From positions 69,256,001 through 69,320,000 of the forward strand of contig CM052816.1 of NCBI GenBank assembly GCA_028534125.1: a stretch of DNA of 64,000 nt, in the 5' to 3' direction. This document shows, one piece after another, positions 13,897 through 26,735 of this stretch. Every line of letters begins with the position of its first letter. The stretch's first letter is position 1. The position numbers and the translations under genes were made by a program. A model generated the notes under the pieces. It was not told the DNA's origin, ran no database searches, and saw only the letters and a program-made list of their open reading frames with translations. Source of the stretch: Lama glama (Eukaryota).

Positions 13897-14052
13897 GGGG
13901 TGGGGGTATAGCTCAGTGGTAGAGTTTCTGCTTAGCATGCATAAGGTTCTGGATTCAATCCCCAGTATCTCCACTAAAAATAAATAAATAAATAAACCTA
14001 GTTACCTCTAAAAAATAAAAATAAAAAATAATTTAAAAAAAATTTTTTAAAA
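13897..14052 (+). mobile_element. tRNA-derived SINE, camelid Vic-1-like, with target-site duplication (TSD)
   Basis: Pol III A box tagctcagtgg, B box ggattcaatccc, (TAAA)n and A-rich tail. TSD aaaagctacattaaatt (13876-13892) vs agaagctatgttaaatt (14053-14069), 14/17. Confidence 0.85.
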
Positions 14053-14074
14053 AGAAGCTATGTTAAATTCACCC

Positions 14075-14210
14075 TATCAATCTCTCAGAGCCTCAGTTTC
14101 CTAATTTACAAAATGGAGATCACACAGCTGTTACCCATTGTATTATTACAGGATTAAATGAGCTAATGAATATAAACAGAGCACAGTACCTGGCATAGAG
14201 TAAGCACCCA
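14075..14210 (+). mobile_element. MIR SINE
   Basis: ctctcagagcctcagtttcctaatttacaaaatggagat...ggattaaatgag...agtacctggcatagagtaagcac. Confidence 0.75.
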
Positions 14211-15559
14211 GCCAAGCTTTTAGCCACTATGTGTATGGCTCGTGCATGGACACCAAAATTTCTTTATATTATTATACAGATTCTCAAAAGCATTTTCATA
14301 GCTCCACTAGACAGTGGTCAAAGCATTTATGAAAAGGCTGGTTGCTATTTTAGAAAACCGACCTCAAATCTTGATGAAGAGTGACATTTCTAATTTTTCC
14401 TGCTACTATGTAAATAGCACAAAATTCTCACAAATAAATAGCATCATTTTTTATAAACAGATTCCTAGCTTGCTCTGCAGCAGAGGGCAGCTCCTCACAA
14501 ATTCTTTTGCGAATGTGCTGGCTTGTCCCAGAATCGATCCATGCTGAGTCTACTATTCAGACCAGATTACTACCAGGCAGTTGGAATGGTCAAATTCCCA
14601 CAGCCAATTTTCTATAAAAAATCCCAAGTAATTGAAATGGGAGGAGGGTACCCAGTAAAAGTCAGTGTGAATAATTTAGCACAGTAGCTGTCTGCAGCCT
14701 CTGAGGCAACAAATTCAAGACGTTTTATTAGAGGGTTGATGAAGCCACTATTGTCTCCAGAGCCTCCTGGCTGCAACCCACCCATCTCATCAGGAAAAAG
14801 CAGAGTGGGGAAACAAGCAGCCTGCAGGATCTAGGATTAACCCTTCTCTGATGCTGCAGTGATCCTGTGAATGCCAAATGTGAGCAGTGTAATTGCACAT
14901 GACATCTTTCTAAAGGTCATTGTTGAGAAGCATCATGACTGGCTGCAGCGGTCACTAAACAGAGGCCCTGTGTCCCTCCCCAGCTATGTTGATCTCTCAA
15001 GGGGTGAACACATCTGCTAGGGATAAGGATAGGCTGGTTGCTGTTTTAGAAAACTAGCCTCAAATCTCAATTGACATATCTCATTTTTTCCTGCCCCTGG
15101 GTAACTGGAACAAAATTCTCACAAATAAATGCCCTCTATCCCTAGTCAGGACTAGTCAGAAGCTGGGGACACAAATGGCAGAAACCCAACTCAAATTAAA
15201 TTCAGTAAAAAGGAAACTTGTTGACCCATGCCACTGTATAAGAATAGAAAGTTACTCACAGGATTGAATGAAGCTCTAGATTACAATGAAGTTCGCTAGA
15301 AATCAATGACTCAGGTCAGAGTCTCTGTATCTCAAGGGCCCTGTGGTCAGAGGGGTAGAAGTGGACATCCAACACCAGAAAAAGGTGTTTGGAATAATGT
15401 GATGAGCTATCAAATTAAAATGAGAGATTCTGAACGTCCTGTGAGCTATTCCAGTTACCTACATGTTCATAAAAACCATCTAAAGAGTTTACTGGTATAA
15501 AACCCTGTGGCCAGCTGTTGTGGATTGAATTGTGTCCCACTCCCCCAAAGTTCATATTT

Positions 15560-16042
15560 GAGGCTTTGACTTTCTCTAACCTTCTGAGTTCTTAGCCAAG
15601 ACCCCTATAATAAAAGATAGATTAAAAAGAGAAGAAACAAACAAGTTTATTAACTTGTATACATCGTGTATATGGGGGAGATACCTTGTGAAAAAGGAGT
15701 AACTCTCCGAGGTGGCTTTAAACTCTAGCTCAAACTTCAGCTAAAGACGAAAGAAAGGTGTGGGAGGAGTCCAGTTCTAGGGGGTTACCTGGAAAAGGAA
15801 GGTAAACAGTACGATTTGTTATACAGATTTAAACAAGTACCTTCTCCATTGATAACATTCTCTTGCACGTCAGAGTCATCCTTCTCTTCCTAATAGAGAC
15901 ACCCTTACAATGGAGAGTTCCTTTATAAATACAAATGTTTCTTACAAAAGGGTAATTTCTATTTCTTCTGTGTCTGCTGTTTCTCAGAATAATCAGCTCA
16001 AAATAATCCTTATGCCAAGGAGGCATATTCTGCTACCCTTCA
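15560..16042 (-). mobile_element. ERV1-class LTR (MER34-like)
   Basis: Minus strand begins TGAAGGGTAGCAGAATATGCC...TTGGCATAAGGATTATTTTGAGCTG. Internal minus-strand AATAAA near 15646. Confidence 0.7.
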
Positions 16043-17376
16043 ATATTTTTACCCCTGGCTCTTTTCCTGCAAGGCCATCCCTGGCTGATTGTACCCCTCA
16101 ATCGAAGATTGCATCTTCTCTCAAAGCAGTTTGCTCCTACATGACTCTCTTCTCCCCTCAAAGCCTCAGGCCCAGGGTTGGAAACAGTTCTTCTGGTCGC
16201 AGCCCTGGGCCACTGCACTATCTCTTCCGCTTCTTCTATGCCTACATTCCTGCAAATAGTCACTCTAAAATAAACCCTTTCCAAATCATCCAAATTTGAA
16301 TGTGACATCTGCTTCTCAGACTGATAGAGCTCTCTACAAAACAGAGGCGGGAAGCTGAAAGACAAAGCCTCCTTTTCCCCTCCACCTGAAAAAAGGATCA
16401 CAGATAGTATCCAAAGTACACTGGGCCCTAACACATAAAGTCCAAGTCAGATGAGATTTTTTTTTCTTAATGTGCTGTCTGTCATTAGAAATCACCTGCT
16501 TAAATAATAATGTAGGTATTTTTATTGACTTTAGGGGTCTTTTTCATCTTTGCTTTCTAATTATACTTACAGCTTAGAGTCTGTGGCCACAGTATTAGGG
16601 TCAGCTTATTAGTTGAAACCTGCCTTTGTCCATGATTTTGACTGCTCAGGATTTCTACCTGTGTTGTGGTCAACAGCATGTCATGTTTTTGTTTTTTCAA
16701 AGTTTTTTCAGAGCTCAATATCTGAAAAGTATGACAGAGTTTAAACATCTGAGGTTCTTGGAGTTCCCTTTCCTTTTGCCAGTGACCTCAGCTCCTTCTC
16801 TCATTTCACCAGCTTCACGTTTAATAATTCTCTACTCCGAAGGCAGATTGCCCATTTATTTAACGTCTACCGTCCACCAGGCATTGCACATTATTTTCAT
16901 TCTGAAAGCAACTCTATGAGGCAGATCTAACTATCCCATTTTTATAATCAAGGAGACAGGCTCTGGAAGGTGATCTATCCAATATGACCCAACCGGTGAG
17001 TGGCACAAGATGGGAAGGAAGGCACTAGGTCTCAGTGATCCCCAAGAGCGTGATCCATGCCACCTGGGATCCTGCTGCTGCCTGCTGCCCTTTGATCTGC
17101 TGCCCTTTGACCTGCTTACTCTTCCCGCCATGTGCCTTCACCTGGGTCTGTAATACTCAGCCTGGAATGCTGTTCCCACTGTGATCCTCCCTAGCCCTTG
17201 ACTCAGACCTCACCTCCAACGTTTCTTCCATGGCTCACTTCACCCAACTGTGGGGCACGGCTGCTGACCGGTTACTAAACAGAGATATGAACAAATGCTT
17301 TCCAGAATTTCGCTTAGAGATGGAAGCATCTCAGTTGTGGGCTGTTTCCATCTCCTGAGCTAGAACTTCGTTTCTT

Positions 17377-17625
17377 TCTTTCTTTCTTTCCTTCCTTTTA
17401 TGTTGTGTTAATTCTGGTGGGTGCACAGCATAGTGATTCATTTATAAAATATATATATATACACATACACACACACATACATATATATATTTCTTTTCAT
17501 ATTCTTTTTTCATTATAGGCCATTACAAGGTATTGAATATAGTTCCCTGTACTATACAGAAGAAACTTGGCGTTTATCTATTTTATACATGGTAGTTAAT
17601 ATCTACAAATCCCAAGCTTCCAATT
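17377..17625 (-). mobile_element. 5'-truncated L1 3' end with TSD
   Basis: cagcatagtgattca...cattataggccattacaaggtattgaatatagttccctgtactatacag. TSD tagaacttc-gtttctt (17361-17376) vs tagaacttctgtttctt (17626-17642). Confidence 0.85.
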
Positions 17626-18414
17626 TAGAACTTCTGTTTCTTGAGGCTGAAACATATTTTTCTACTTCTTTGGCACCCTCATCTGACCGTTCCCACAGTC
17701 TATTTCAGTTCTCAGCACAGAGGACATCCTCAACAGATGCCACTGACTGACCAGGAGAATTAAAACACTGGAAATTTCGAAAAGTTTTGCTTGTGAAGGG
17801 GAAGTACACCATTCCTCCCCTGCTTTTCAAAGAAATATTTTCTAAAGAATACTGTATTTCCCTTGTGATATTTTCCCTTGTGATTTCCCTGAGGAACTAA
17901 GCAGGAGATGTCAGAACTGTTGGTGGACAGATTTATTTGCACTCAGTGCTCTACTCTGTCTGTCGTGCCTGTATGAATTTTAAAGGAAAAAAGAGAAATT
18001 TTTAGGTCAAGAATTCATCTGTTGAAAGACTCTGTGCTAGAGCCTACGGGGAGGAGAGGCCTTGTGGCTTCATCAAGAGTCAGAACACTGCTTGTGCCTC
18101 ACCACTGACTTTCTTAGAATGGGGGCTTTGGCAGGGTTGTTTACTCTGATTCTATGCCTCAATATTTAAACCTCAAAATGAAGAGAGCTCCTTCTTGTCT
18201 AACGACATGGGGTGCAGGGCAAAAGGAGTCTGCAACTCAAAGATAAAACCAGCTTAATGTAATTTGAGGGGCCCTGGAGAGACTTCCCAGCCCCCAAACA
18301 TCTCCCTTTGGCTTGCTCCTGGATAGAAAAAGAAACCTCACATTTATCTCATCTTCTGTTAGGCAGTGAGGGCCTGGTTAAAAATACAGATCTATTATCT
18401 AGGAAGATACGATA

Positions 18415-18560
18415 CTATTTTGCCTTTATTCTAAGATGTGCATTTCACCCACATTTTAATATTTCCAAATTGAGATGCATTTTTACAATCAGTGTGACTC
18501 TTTAATGCAGTAGTGCTTCTTTATTTCCCTTTAATAGTTGCTAAGTTCATCTTTATTAAA
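18415..18560. mobile_element. MER104/Kanga-like Tc2 DNA transposon remnant
   Basis: attctaagatgtgcatttcacccacattttaatatttccaaattgagatgcatttttacaatc resembles the recalled MER104 consensus. Confidence 0.5.
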
Positions 18561-18569
18561 TAGATAAGA

Positions 18570-18710
18570 ACCTCTGAAAAACCTGTTAAAAATTGAGACA
18601 CCTGGATCCCATAGGGACAAGTGCCGATTCAGGAGGTCTCAAATGTGATGAGGAATTTGCATTTGCAACAAGCATCCAGGGTGATTCTGAGCAGGTAGCC
18701 CTGCTTCAAG
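18570..18710. mobile_element. MER5-like hAT-Charlie fragment
   Basis: gattcaggaggtct...aggaatttgcatttgcaacaagcatccagggtgattctga. Confidence 0.6.
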
Positions 18711-20319
18711 AGTACCCCAGTAATTTATTTGCTTAGTTCAGAGATTATGGTCTTTATGGGTCTTAGTTGTGAGTTTGTAAGGTGTGTCCTTAGAGGCTGC
18801 TTGGGTCCTCAGTCACTGGGTCTGCAGTTCAGGACCAGACAATGGGGAGAGAGCTCCCCTTCAATCATGGGTCCTGCATTTTCTCAGTTCCATTATGTTC
18901 TGCCATTTTTCCCTGAAATGCTCGTATTTTAGCATCTAAACTTCATCTCCCAGATGACTTTCACTTTCCAAGATTTCACAGTATTTATGTAGATTGGTAA
19001 GTTTCTGCCCTTGAGAAACTCACACTAGAATCAGCAGATCTTGCAAACTGACCTGAGCAAGATTACTGATGCTTAAATGGGAGCCACAGGAATCAGCAGT
19101 GTCAGCTACTCTCCTCTACAACTGTGTTACTCAGTTATGATCAAAGTAAGCCACCGGCCAAATTCGGCTGCACCTACAGACACTTATTAAAAAGGAGAGT
19201 ATATAACCTTGCATGCAAGTTTCTCTCAAAGCAATTGCCAGGATTCCAGAGGTAGGATTCTGTTCCCAGCAGAGTCAGAATGGGGCAACCAGAATCCTTG
19301 AGTTCATGGCTAGACCCAAGGCCAAGTAAAGGCTTACCTTAGGCATCATCCTAAGGATACAGGTTATAATTCTAGCTGAACATGTATATCCTATTCGTGC
19401 AAGAGTAGAGGGTCTAATGCACTTCTTTTGAATATCTTTATATTCACCAAGGAGATCTCACTTCTGACTTTCATCATGTTGATCAGTTTCACCAACAAAA
19501 AAAAAAGTTCTGACACAAACTATGCTAATTGGCAAAGTACTCATATTGATGGAGATGTGAATAACAGAAGTTCTTTGCCTCCGATTATGCATTCTTGATT
19601 AGAGTCCAGAAACTTTTGGTTAGAGCCTAAACTGGGTGATATACACATAAAATAGCACTGTATATTCAGAAGTATTTAAAAATAAATAACAGCTCTCTTA
19701 AGATGGCATGAGTCTCCCACACACATTGTGGCACAAGGCAATAATGCCTCTGGCAAAATTATGAAACCAGGCTCTGAGGACAGAGACAAGGGAGTGACTA
19801 ATTCTGGTAGATGGGAAATGAAGGGGTAAGGACCACAATATGCTCACAGAGGAGATGTCCCAAACTGAGTTTATTTAAATGAGTAGGAATGTGTCAGTTA
19901 AGCAGACTCGGGGTACACCCAGCAAAGGGAAACAGTGAGGGCCCAGCACGGAGTCTAGAGAAGCTACACACCTCCCTAGGGGTGGGTAGACTGATGAGCA
20001 CATGATGATGAAGGGGGAGATGGACTAGAACTAGCCAGGAAATAGACAACAAAGAACCTTCAAGTTCCTGCTCCACGGCTTGCTCTTTACCAGGTAGGCA
20101 ACCAGAAGTGAGACAGCAATCTCTTCCCTACTCCAACTTTGGGTCAGAACATGGATCATCATACTGTGAGACCAACATAGATCCAGCCTGGGCCAGGCTT
20201 CTTCCCAAGCCTTTCTGACTAAAATCCCAGAGCCCTGAATATCTACTCCATCCACACTGGGGTTTTTTTCCCATAAAAATCCAAGTAGAAAGGCCATGGT
20301 CCCTAGAGTCATTTACTGG

Positions 20320-20460
20320 TTGGATGAAAGGGTGACTTGGACAAATTTCTTTACCTCTCTGACCCGAGTGTCCTCATCTGTAAAACGGGGATAATTACTT
20401 CCTTCTAAGGATTGTTATAAAGGTCACAACAGTGCCTGGTAGAGGGGAAATGCTCAACTA
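20320..20460 (+). mobile_element. MIR SINE
   Basis: gtgacttggacaaatttctttacctctctgacccgagtgtcctcatctgtaaaacggggataat. Confidence 0.75.
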
Positions 20461-22619
20461 ATTTTATTTTTAGTGTCTGTGTCTTTTAAATCTTTATCAT
20501 TATTTTTCCTTGTTTATGAATTCTTAGAAAGAATAAGATCTATGTTATACAAGTAGTATTTTATCTATCTATAGCTAGAGATTACCATTCACTGACCTTG
20601 TGACATAAATCGTATTCTAAACCCTTAAAAATCTGAAAGTTTACCCCTGAGGCTACGGACCCAGCTAAATTCCATAAATCTCTCTTATCTGTCAGCTGGT
20701 CTTATCAGGGTTAGGCTCTCTTGTTTCCAGAAAAAACAACAAGGACTATTTTCTATTTCTAGTCCCAGACGCAACAAGAAAATCACCGATACCAGCTCTA
20801 AAGCTTTTTCCTTCCTGTTTTGTGTCTGTTCATACATGTAACAGCTCTAAACTTTGAGAATCATGATGGCCGGTGGGCTGGCAGGGCTGCCTTTCACTGC
20901 CTGAGTTAGAACAAGGTTTAACCTAAATGCCCTTGGCAACTTTTCTTGCAGGAGAATCACCTTTTTCAAAGGAAACCTCGTTAGCCCTAACAGGATTCTC
21001 AGTGAAGTCCCTACCAGGAAGTTCCTCCATACACATTCTCCTCTCATACAGCCCCTCCTCTCAGAAAAACAAACTCGGGTTAATGAAACAGAGCTATGTC
21101 CTTTTCTCTTACTGATCTGATTCTGAGCAGGATTTTAAACACTTTCTTGCTCTCTTTAAAGAGATTGACACTTTAATCCAGAGCTGCAAGCTGCAACCAC
21201 TAGCACTTTGAATCAAATTTAAATTCTTATAGGCAGGTTTTCTGCTGATCCTCAATTTACCATTGGCCCTCCCAAGCCGCCCAATTGTGGCACAGCCCCT
21301 ACATCACACACCATTACCCGCCTGCCCTTGAAGGCATCAGGGTAAACCCCATCCCAGGCACCAGTCATTATAACCATTGCCACACTACAGGCAGCTTACC
21401 CCACTAACTAGCCACTTGGCAAAACCAGGATTGTTCACCCCATAATGGGAGTTTTGTTGTGGGATGAGACGATGAGGGGGAAGAGCAAAGTTCTCTGACT
21501 ATAGCCTGGATTAGGAGCCCTGGGGTAGGGAAGCTGGTGGCTAGGGGCCTGCGTAATGCTGCTGTGTGGAATGTCACTGAGTGGGCAAAATGATGACAGA
21601 TTGCTTCCATCACCTTCCCCATAGTCAGTGTGGGCCCTGGTGAAAACTGCAACAAAGGCAGCCTTTGTTACAGCCAGTGTCCAGGGACAGGAGAAGGAAG
21701 AGGGACCATGGCACCGTGTCATGTGGGAAAGTTTCATGAATTAATTGATAACTGTCTATGTAAGGATACCATCTACAATTCAGTCATTCTCAAATTTTTT
21801 CAGTGAAATGTTCCCTAATCATAGAGGAAAGTAGATATATACGTACATATGGACAACAGTCTAGTGTGCAGCCAAGCAGCCATCTGAAAGCTGAAATACC
21901 TGTAAAATGTATATAAATACTCCATTATATTCCATAATACAACTGTTTATTGTGACATAACAGTGTAATTTTCAACTTTAAAAATTTTAGATAAAATTGT
22001 GTGAAAAGCTAAGTAGTTTGAGCAAAATTGACCTCCGGGATGACAGTTGCTCCATGGCTCATACATACATCCCTGGTCCCTAGCACTCCATTGTGAAAAG
22101 CATAGCTCTACATTTTTCTACAGCCTTCAAATTAAATCTTTCTTTTAAAAAAAAAAAATCCAAACTCCAGCTTTGAGTCTTTGCTCATACTCCTCCTTCC
22201 ATGTAGGACATTTTTTTAGCCTTTCTCCCCATGAATTTCTCTCTACCTATGGCTTAAGTCCCAAGTAAAATGCTACCTCCATAAATCCATCTCAAGTTTT
22301 CTGAGTCAGAATGTATTTCCTCCTTCTCTGTATTCTTAAACCTGCCTCTATTTCAGTCGTTATCCTCCTGCTTAAGTGCATAAGTAACTCTAAGGGAGAA
22401 TGCGCATACATGCCTAAGAGCTTAGAAACACAATGGTTGCTTCCATCTCCTAGGTATGCTTTTCCCTCTGATTGCCCACTTCGTGCTTATTCTTGATGCT
22501 CAGATCTTAGCTGGGATGGCACCTCCTCAGGAAGGCCATCTGTGACCACCCAGACTAACATCCATACCCAGTCATCTCTTGCCCTTCTTATCAGCATGAC
22601 ATTTTTTGTTTCTTTGTTA

Positions 22620-23222
22620 GTTTATTTATTGTGGTAAAATAGACAATATAAAATTTACCATTTCAACCATTTTTAAGTACACAATTCAGTGGCATTAAGC
22701 ACATTCACAGCATTGCACAAGAATCCCCACTATCCATTTCCAGGACTTTTTATCTTCCCAAACTGAATCTCTCTACTCATTAAACAGTAGCTCTCCATTA
22801 CCCCTCCCTCCAGCCCCTGGTAGCCTCTATTACACATTCTGTCTCTATGAATTTTCATATTCTAGGTATCTCATATAAAGTGAAATTATATAATATTTGT
22901 CCTTTTGTGTCTGGCTCATTTCACTTAGCAGAGTGTTTTCAAGGTTCATCCATGTTGTAGCCTGTGTCAGAACTTCATTTCTTTTTAAGACTGAATTATA
23001 TTTCATTGTATATCTATACTACATTTGGTTTATCCACTCATGCATCAAAAGACACTGTGTTGTTTCCACCTTTTTGCTATTGTGAATAATGCTGCTATGA
23101 AAACAGGTACATAAATATCTGTTTTAATCTCTACTTTCATTCTTTGGGGTGTAGACCTAGAAGTGGAATCGCTGGATCATGTGGTAATTTTATGTTTAAC
23201 TTTTTGAGAATCCACCATACTG
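22620..23222 (-). mobile_element. L1MB-like 3' end, inserted into an L2 remnant
   Basis: aaaatttaccatttcaaccatttttaagtacacaattcagtggcattaagcacattcaca...gttttcaaggttcatccatgttgtagc...agaagtggaatcgctggatcat. L2-like sequence on both sides (22440-22600, 23230-23390). Confidence 0.85.
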
Positions 23223-24664
23223 TAAGCATGGCGTTTTTAAAATGCATGTTTGTCTGCTCCACTGGAATGAAACCTCCATTAAGACCAGGGGCCCCGCATC
23301 TGGCTTTTCCCTCCTGCATCCCCAGCACCTAGAATAATATCTGGTGCACAATGGACACTTAGAATTTTTGTTAGGTGAATGAATGAATTAGATCCTCAGC
23401 AATTGTTAGTGTTCTTTCTCTTCTCTGCTCTATTCTCCCTAAATCTGTTGCAAACTCCCTGAGGGCAGGGCTAGGTCTTATTCATCTGTGTAACTCCAGC
23501 ACTTAACACATTGAAGGCACCCATTAAATGCTTGTAGAGTTGAAATAAATTCCCATTCTTGCTTGTAGTTTTTCCCGCTTGAGTTCTGTAGATTCGGCCT
23601 GATGATTATGGATTAGTAAGAATGGAGGGCTTTTCTTTGACTTTCCAGGGAGCAAAGAAAAGACCAAATGAGGCCCACACACCAGTCCGCCTCCTGGGCA
23701 TCTCTGACTGGGTTTTTCTCTTATCCTTTTCCCTTTGATTCCTGGATTCTAACATATTCCAGAGCCAGGACTCAAGGAAACACAAACAGCTGAAAAATCT
23801 GTTAAATTACATCATTTGTCTCTGAGAATTGAGGCATGCTGGTTGAGTCTTCGGTTCAGATAAAATACAAGTTCTGATATCCCAAGACTTCTTAAAATTT
23901 CAAGTAACATTCTTTGGATTAAAATTTTTAATGATTTTCAAGTAGTTCTGAGCCTGGTAATTCTCATTATACATGCCGTATACAGGTAAACAATGTATTT
24001 TACCACTCTATTACAGATAATAAATTACATACACATTACATATTGCATCTTCTGTATAATAATGGGGTGCTAAATGGGGATGGGAAAATCCAAGTAAAAA
24101 TGCCCAACTGGCACCTGGAACCATTTCCATGGATTTTCTCCCTAGGTCCTGCCAACCTCCTTTACTGTCAGGAACACTCTATTTCAACCAGCAGTGTTGG
24201 AGACAGAGGAGAACGAGAAAAACCTTCTGGAATCTCAAAAACAGGCTCCAAAACTCTGCCAGACTACAACCTTTCTCCCAGTGGCGCCACCAACCCTCCC
24301 AGCTCTCTCCTGCCCTCTGTATCCGAGCCACCGGCCTTCCCCCGGGTCCTGCCTTCGCTGTCTGCTGCCTGGTGATCCCCAGACAGGCAGCCTTACTCTT
24401 AGGGCTTTACCACTGCCAAGGCTCTGCCTTGGGCGATGGCCATCCTAGTGGGTCCACGATTCTTCGGAGGCTTTGCTCACTCCGGGAGCTTTTTCTGACT
24501 CTTGGCTGTGAGGAGGGTGAGTGAGATTACTGTCTCTCAAAAGGAAATGCTAGTTTCAGAAATTTGGCTAACTGAAACAGAATAGGGTGTTATATAAAAC
24601 TCCAGCAGTGCCTTAAAACCACACCCCAAATCTGTCTCCAAATCCCTACTTGTTAATATGATCT

Positions 24665-24925
24665 TTTTCTTTTTTAAATTAATAGACTATTTTTTAGAGC
24701 CATTTCAGGTTCACAGCAGAATTAAGCAGAAATCACAGAAAGTTTGCACATAGCCCTCCGCACCCACACATATATACTTCCCTACCCTCAACATCTCTCA
24801 TCAATGTGGCATATTTGGTACAATCGATGAACCAACTCGGACACATTATTATCAACCAAAGTCCATAGTTTACATTAGGATTCACTCCCGATGTACATTC
24901 TATGAGTTTTGACAAATGCAATATG
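24665..24925 (-). mobile_element. L1MC-like 3' end
   Basis: atagactattttttagagccatttcaggttcacagcagaattaagcagaa...aaccaaagtccatagtttacattagg. Confidence 0.75.
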
Positions 24926-25519
24926 CTCTTTTTTCATTAAAAAACACTTTGAAATTTTTTTCTCGGTCATGTGTCATTATTACCTCATGCTGGAGCAGAT
25001 GAGAAATGGGGGAAGAGGGAAGTGGACCACGTCTCAGCTGACAGGTCAGTGAGGAGGAAGCCTGCAGAGTGAGCAAGAAGGTCAAGGTCAAGAGGAGCAG
25101 AAGGCAGAGGTGGAGACCAGGTGGGAGGATGATGCCAAATGAACTTCATCTGCCATCTCCCCTCCCCTGCCAGCCCCAAATTCCCCATCCCCTTTCTGGT
25201 GCTGCTGCCAGTTACTGGTTACTAGCTGTCCTGGAGCAAAGCCTCTCTAATAGTACAGGACAGAAAGGATAGTCAGAGCTCCTGGCAGGCCGGGCTGCTC
25301 CCTGTCCACAGGCCACGTGTAGGTTCTGGTCTTATGATAAGGACAGAAATGCCTGCCTGGATGTCCCAAAGGAATAAGTAAAAACAAAGACTGCCCTCAT
25401 GCTCTCTCACTGCTAGAGTCCAGCAAATACTCAGGCCCAGAGGAGAGATACAAAAGGTCTAAGAGTGCCTGGCGTACCCTGGGTACCCAATTCACATGTG
25501 TCAAGTGAATGCATTGATA

Positions 25520-25520
<1 letters not shown>

Positions 25521-25568
<48 letters not shown>

Positions 25569-25634
25569 CATCCCTTTTTGACCTACTCACACACACACAC
25601 ACACACACACTTCATCCCTTTTTGACCTACTCAC
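25521..25634. repeat. Compound (CA)n microsatellite with duplicated 24-bp spacer
   Basis: (AC)23 - ttcatccctttttgacctactcac - (AC)10 - ttcatccctttttgacctactcac. Confidence 0.95.
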
Positions 25635-25923
25635 CTGAGTCTGATCTAGGGCCCTTTCCTGGCACCAGTCCCAGCTACTCACTCATTTCCAAGCACACAG
25701 CACCCGGGGAACCACTGTAGGAATGGGGCAGGTAGGGGCACAGCCATTCCTACTGTAAGCTCGTCGCGGTAATGTACACCTGAGACATAGAAAGTAGACT
25801 GTGGCCTGCTAAGGCCATAGAACAGGCAGTTGGTGGCTGTGGAAGTTCTCAGAGCTCAGGGTATCTAGCTCCTGAGCTAGAACACTCTCCTACAGCCTCC
25901 TACAGTCTCACTGCCATTGGATG

Positions 25924-26521
25924 TGTTGCCAGAAGATCAGCCCTTGTCCCTGGTGGGCCAGATTGAAAGTCAGAGACCAGGTCTTAGAGCAGAGAAGAAA
26001 AGAAACAACTTTATTACTTTGCCAGGCAAAGAGGACTCACAGCAGGCTAGTGCCTTCAAAACTGCAAACTCACCTTGGGGATGGGGTAGGGTGATGACAT
26101 AGCCAGAGCTCAAACAATAAATCATCGATAACAATCAACAGAATAATTTTCCCTTCATAAGACTTGAGAGTGGTGTCCTGATGCCTCCAGGACTAATTCT
26201 ATAGAGGCTACCGGTTGTCACTTCTTCGATCTCTTTATCTTGTAAGCACCCAAGGCATGGTCTTCTTGGTAATTCAGGCCATTTTGTAAGGTTACAGTTC
26301 TATGACCTTCTCCCTGGAGAACAACTCAGAAACCAAGTGTGATTATTACTTTTGATTACTGGAATAAAGCAGAAACAGTACAATTAATAGCTTTATTTTA
26401 ACAATGGGCCTGGAGCTGTGAGTAGCAACCAGTCAGACAAGTCAGTTGACCATTTTAAGGGCAAACATAAAAGGAAGCAATCTGTTAGCCTAAACGTGGC
26501 CGTTTTATTAATTCTCTTTTA
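25924..26521 (-). mobile_element. Solo ERV1-like LTR
   Basis: Minus strand runs T(A)AAAGAGAATTAAT...GGCAACA, with minus-strand AATAAA at 26015-26010. Flanks gatg/gaca are compatible with a 4-bp TSD. Confidence 0.65.
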
Positions 26522-26549
26522 GACAGAGCTAGCAGTGAATGTGGACTTG

Positions 26550-26735
26550 ACTTCTTTTTCTTCTTTTTTTATTGAAGTACAGTCAGTTTACAATGCTGTA
26601 TCAATTTCTGGTGTACAGCATAATGTTTTAGTCATTTATTTTCATTATAGGTGACTACAGTATATTAAATATAGTTCCCTGTGCCATACAGAAGAAACTT
26701 GGTGTTTATTTTATATATACTAGTTAATATTTGTT
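26550..26735 (-). mobile_element. 5'-truncated L1 3' end
   Basis: ttttattgaagtacagtcagtttacaatg...tttctggtgtacagcat...aatatagttccctgtgccatacagaagaaac. Confidence 0.8.

Noticed and set aside
13897..13975. Possible tRNA gene
   Set aside because: It has A/B boxes but also an A-rich tail, a TSD and a second diverged copy at 42804-42950, so it is a SINE.
21781..22105. Possible hAT-Charlie element with degenerate terminal inverted repeats
   Set aside because: The termini resemble MER5/Charlie ends but are too degenerate to call without a search.
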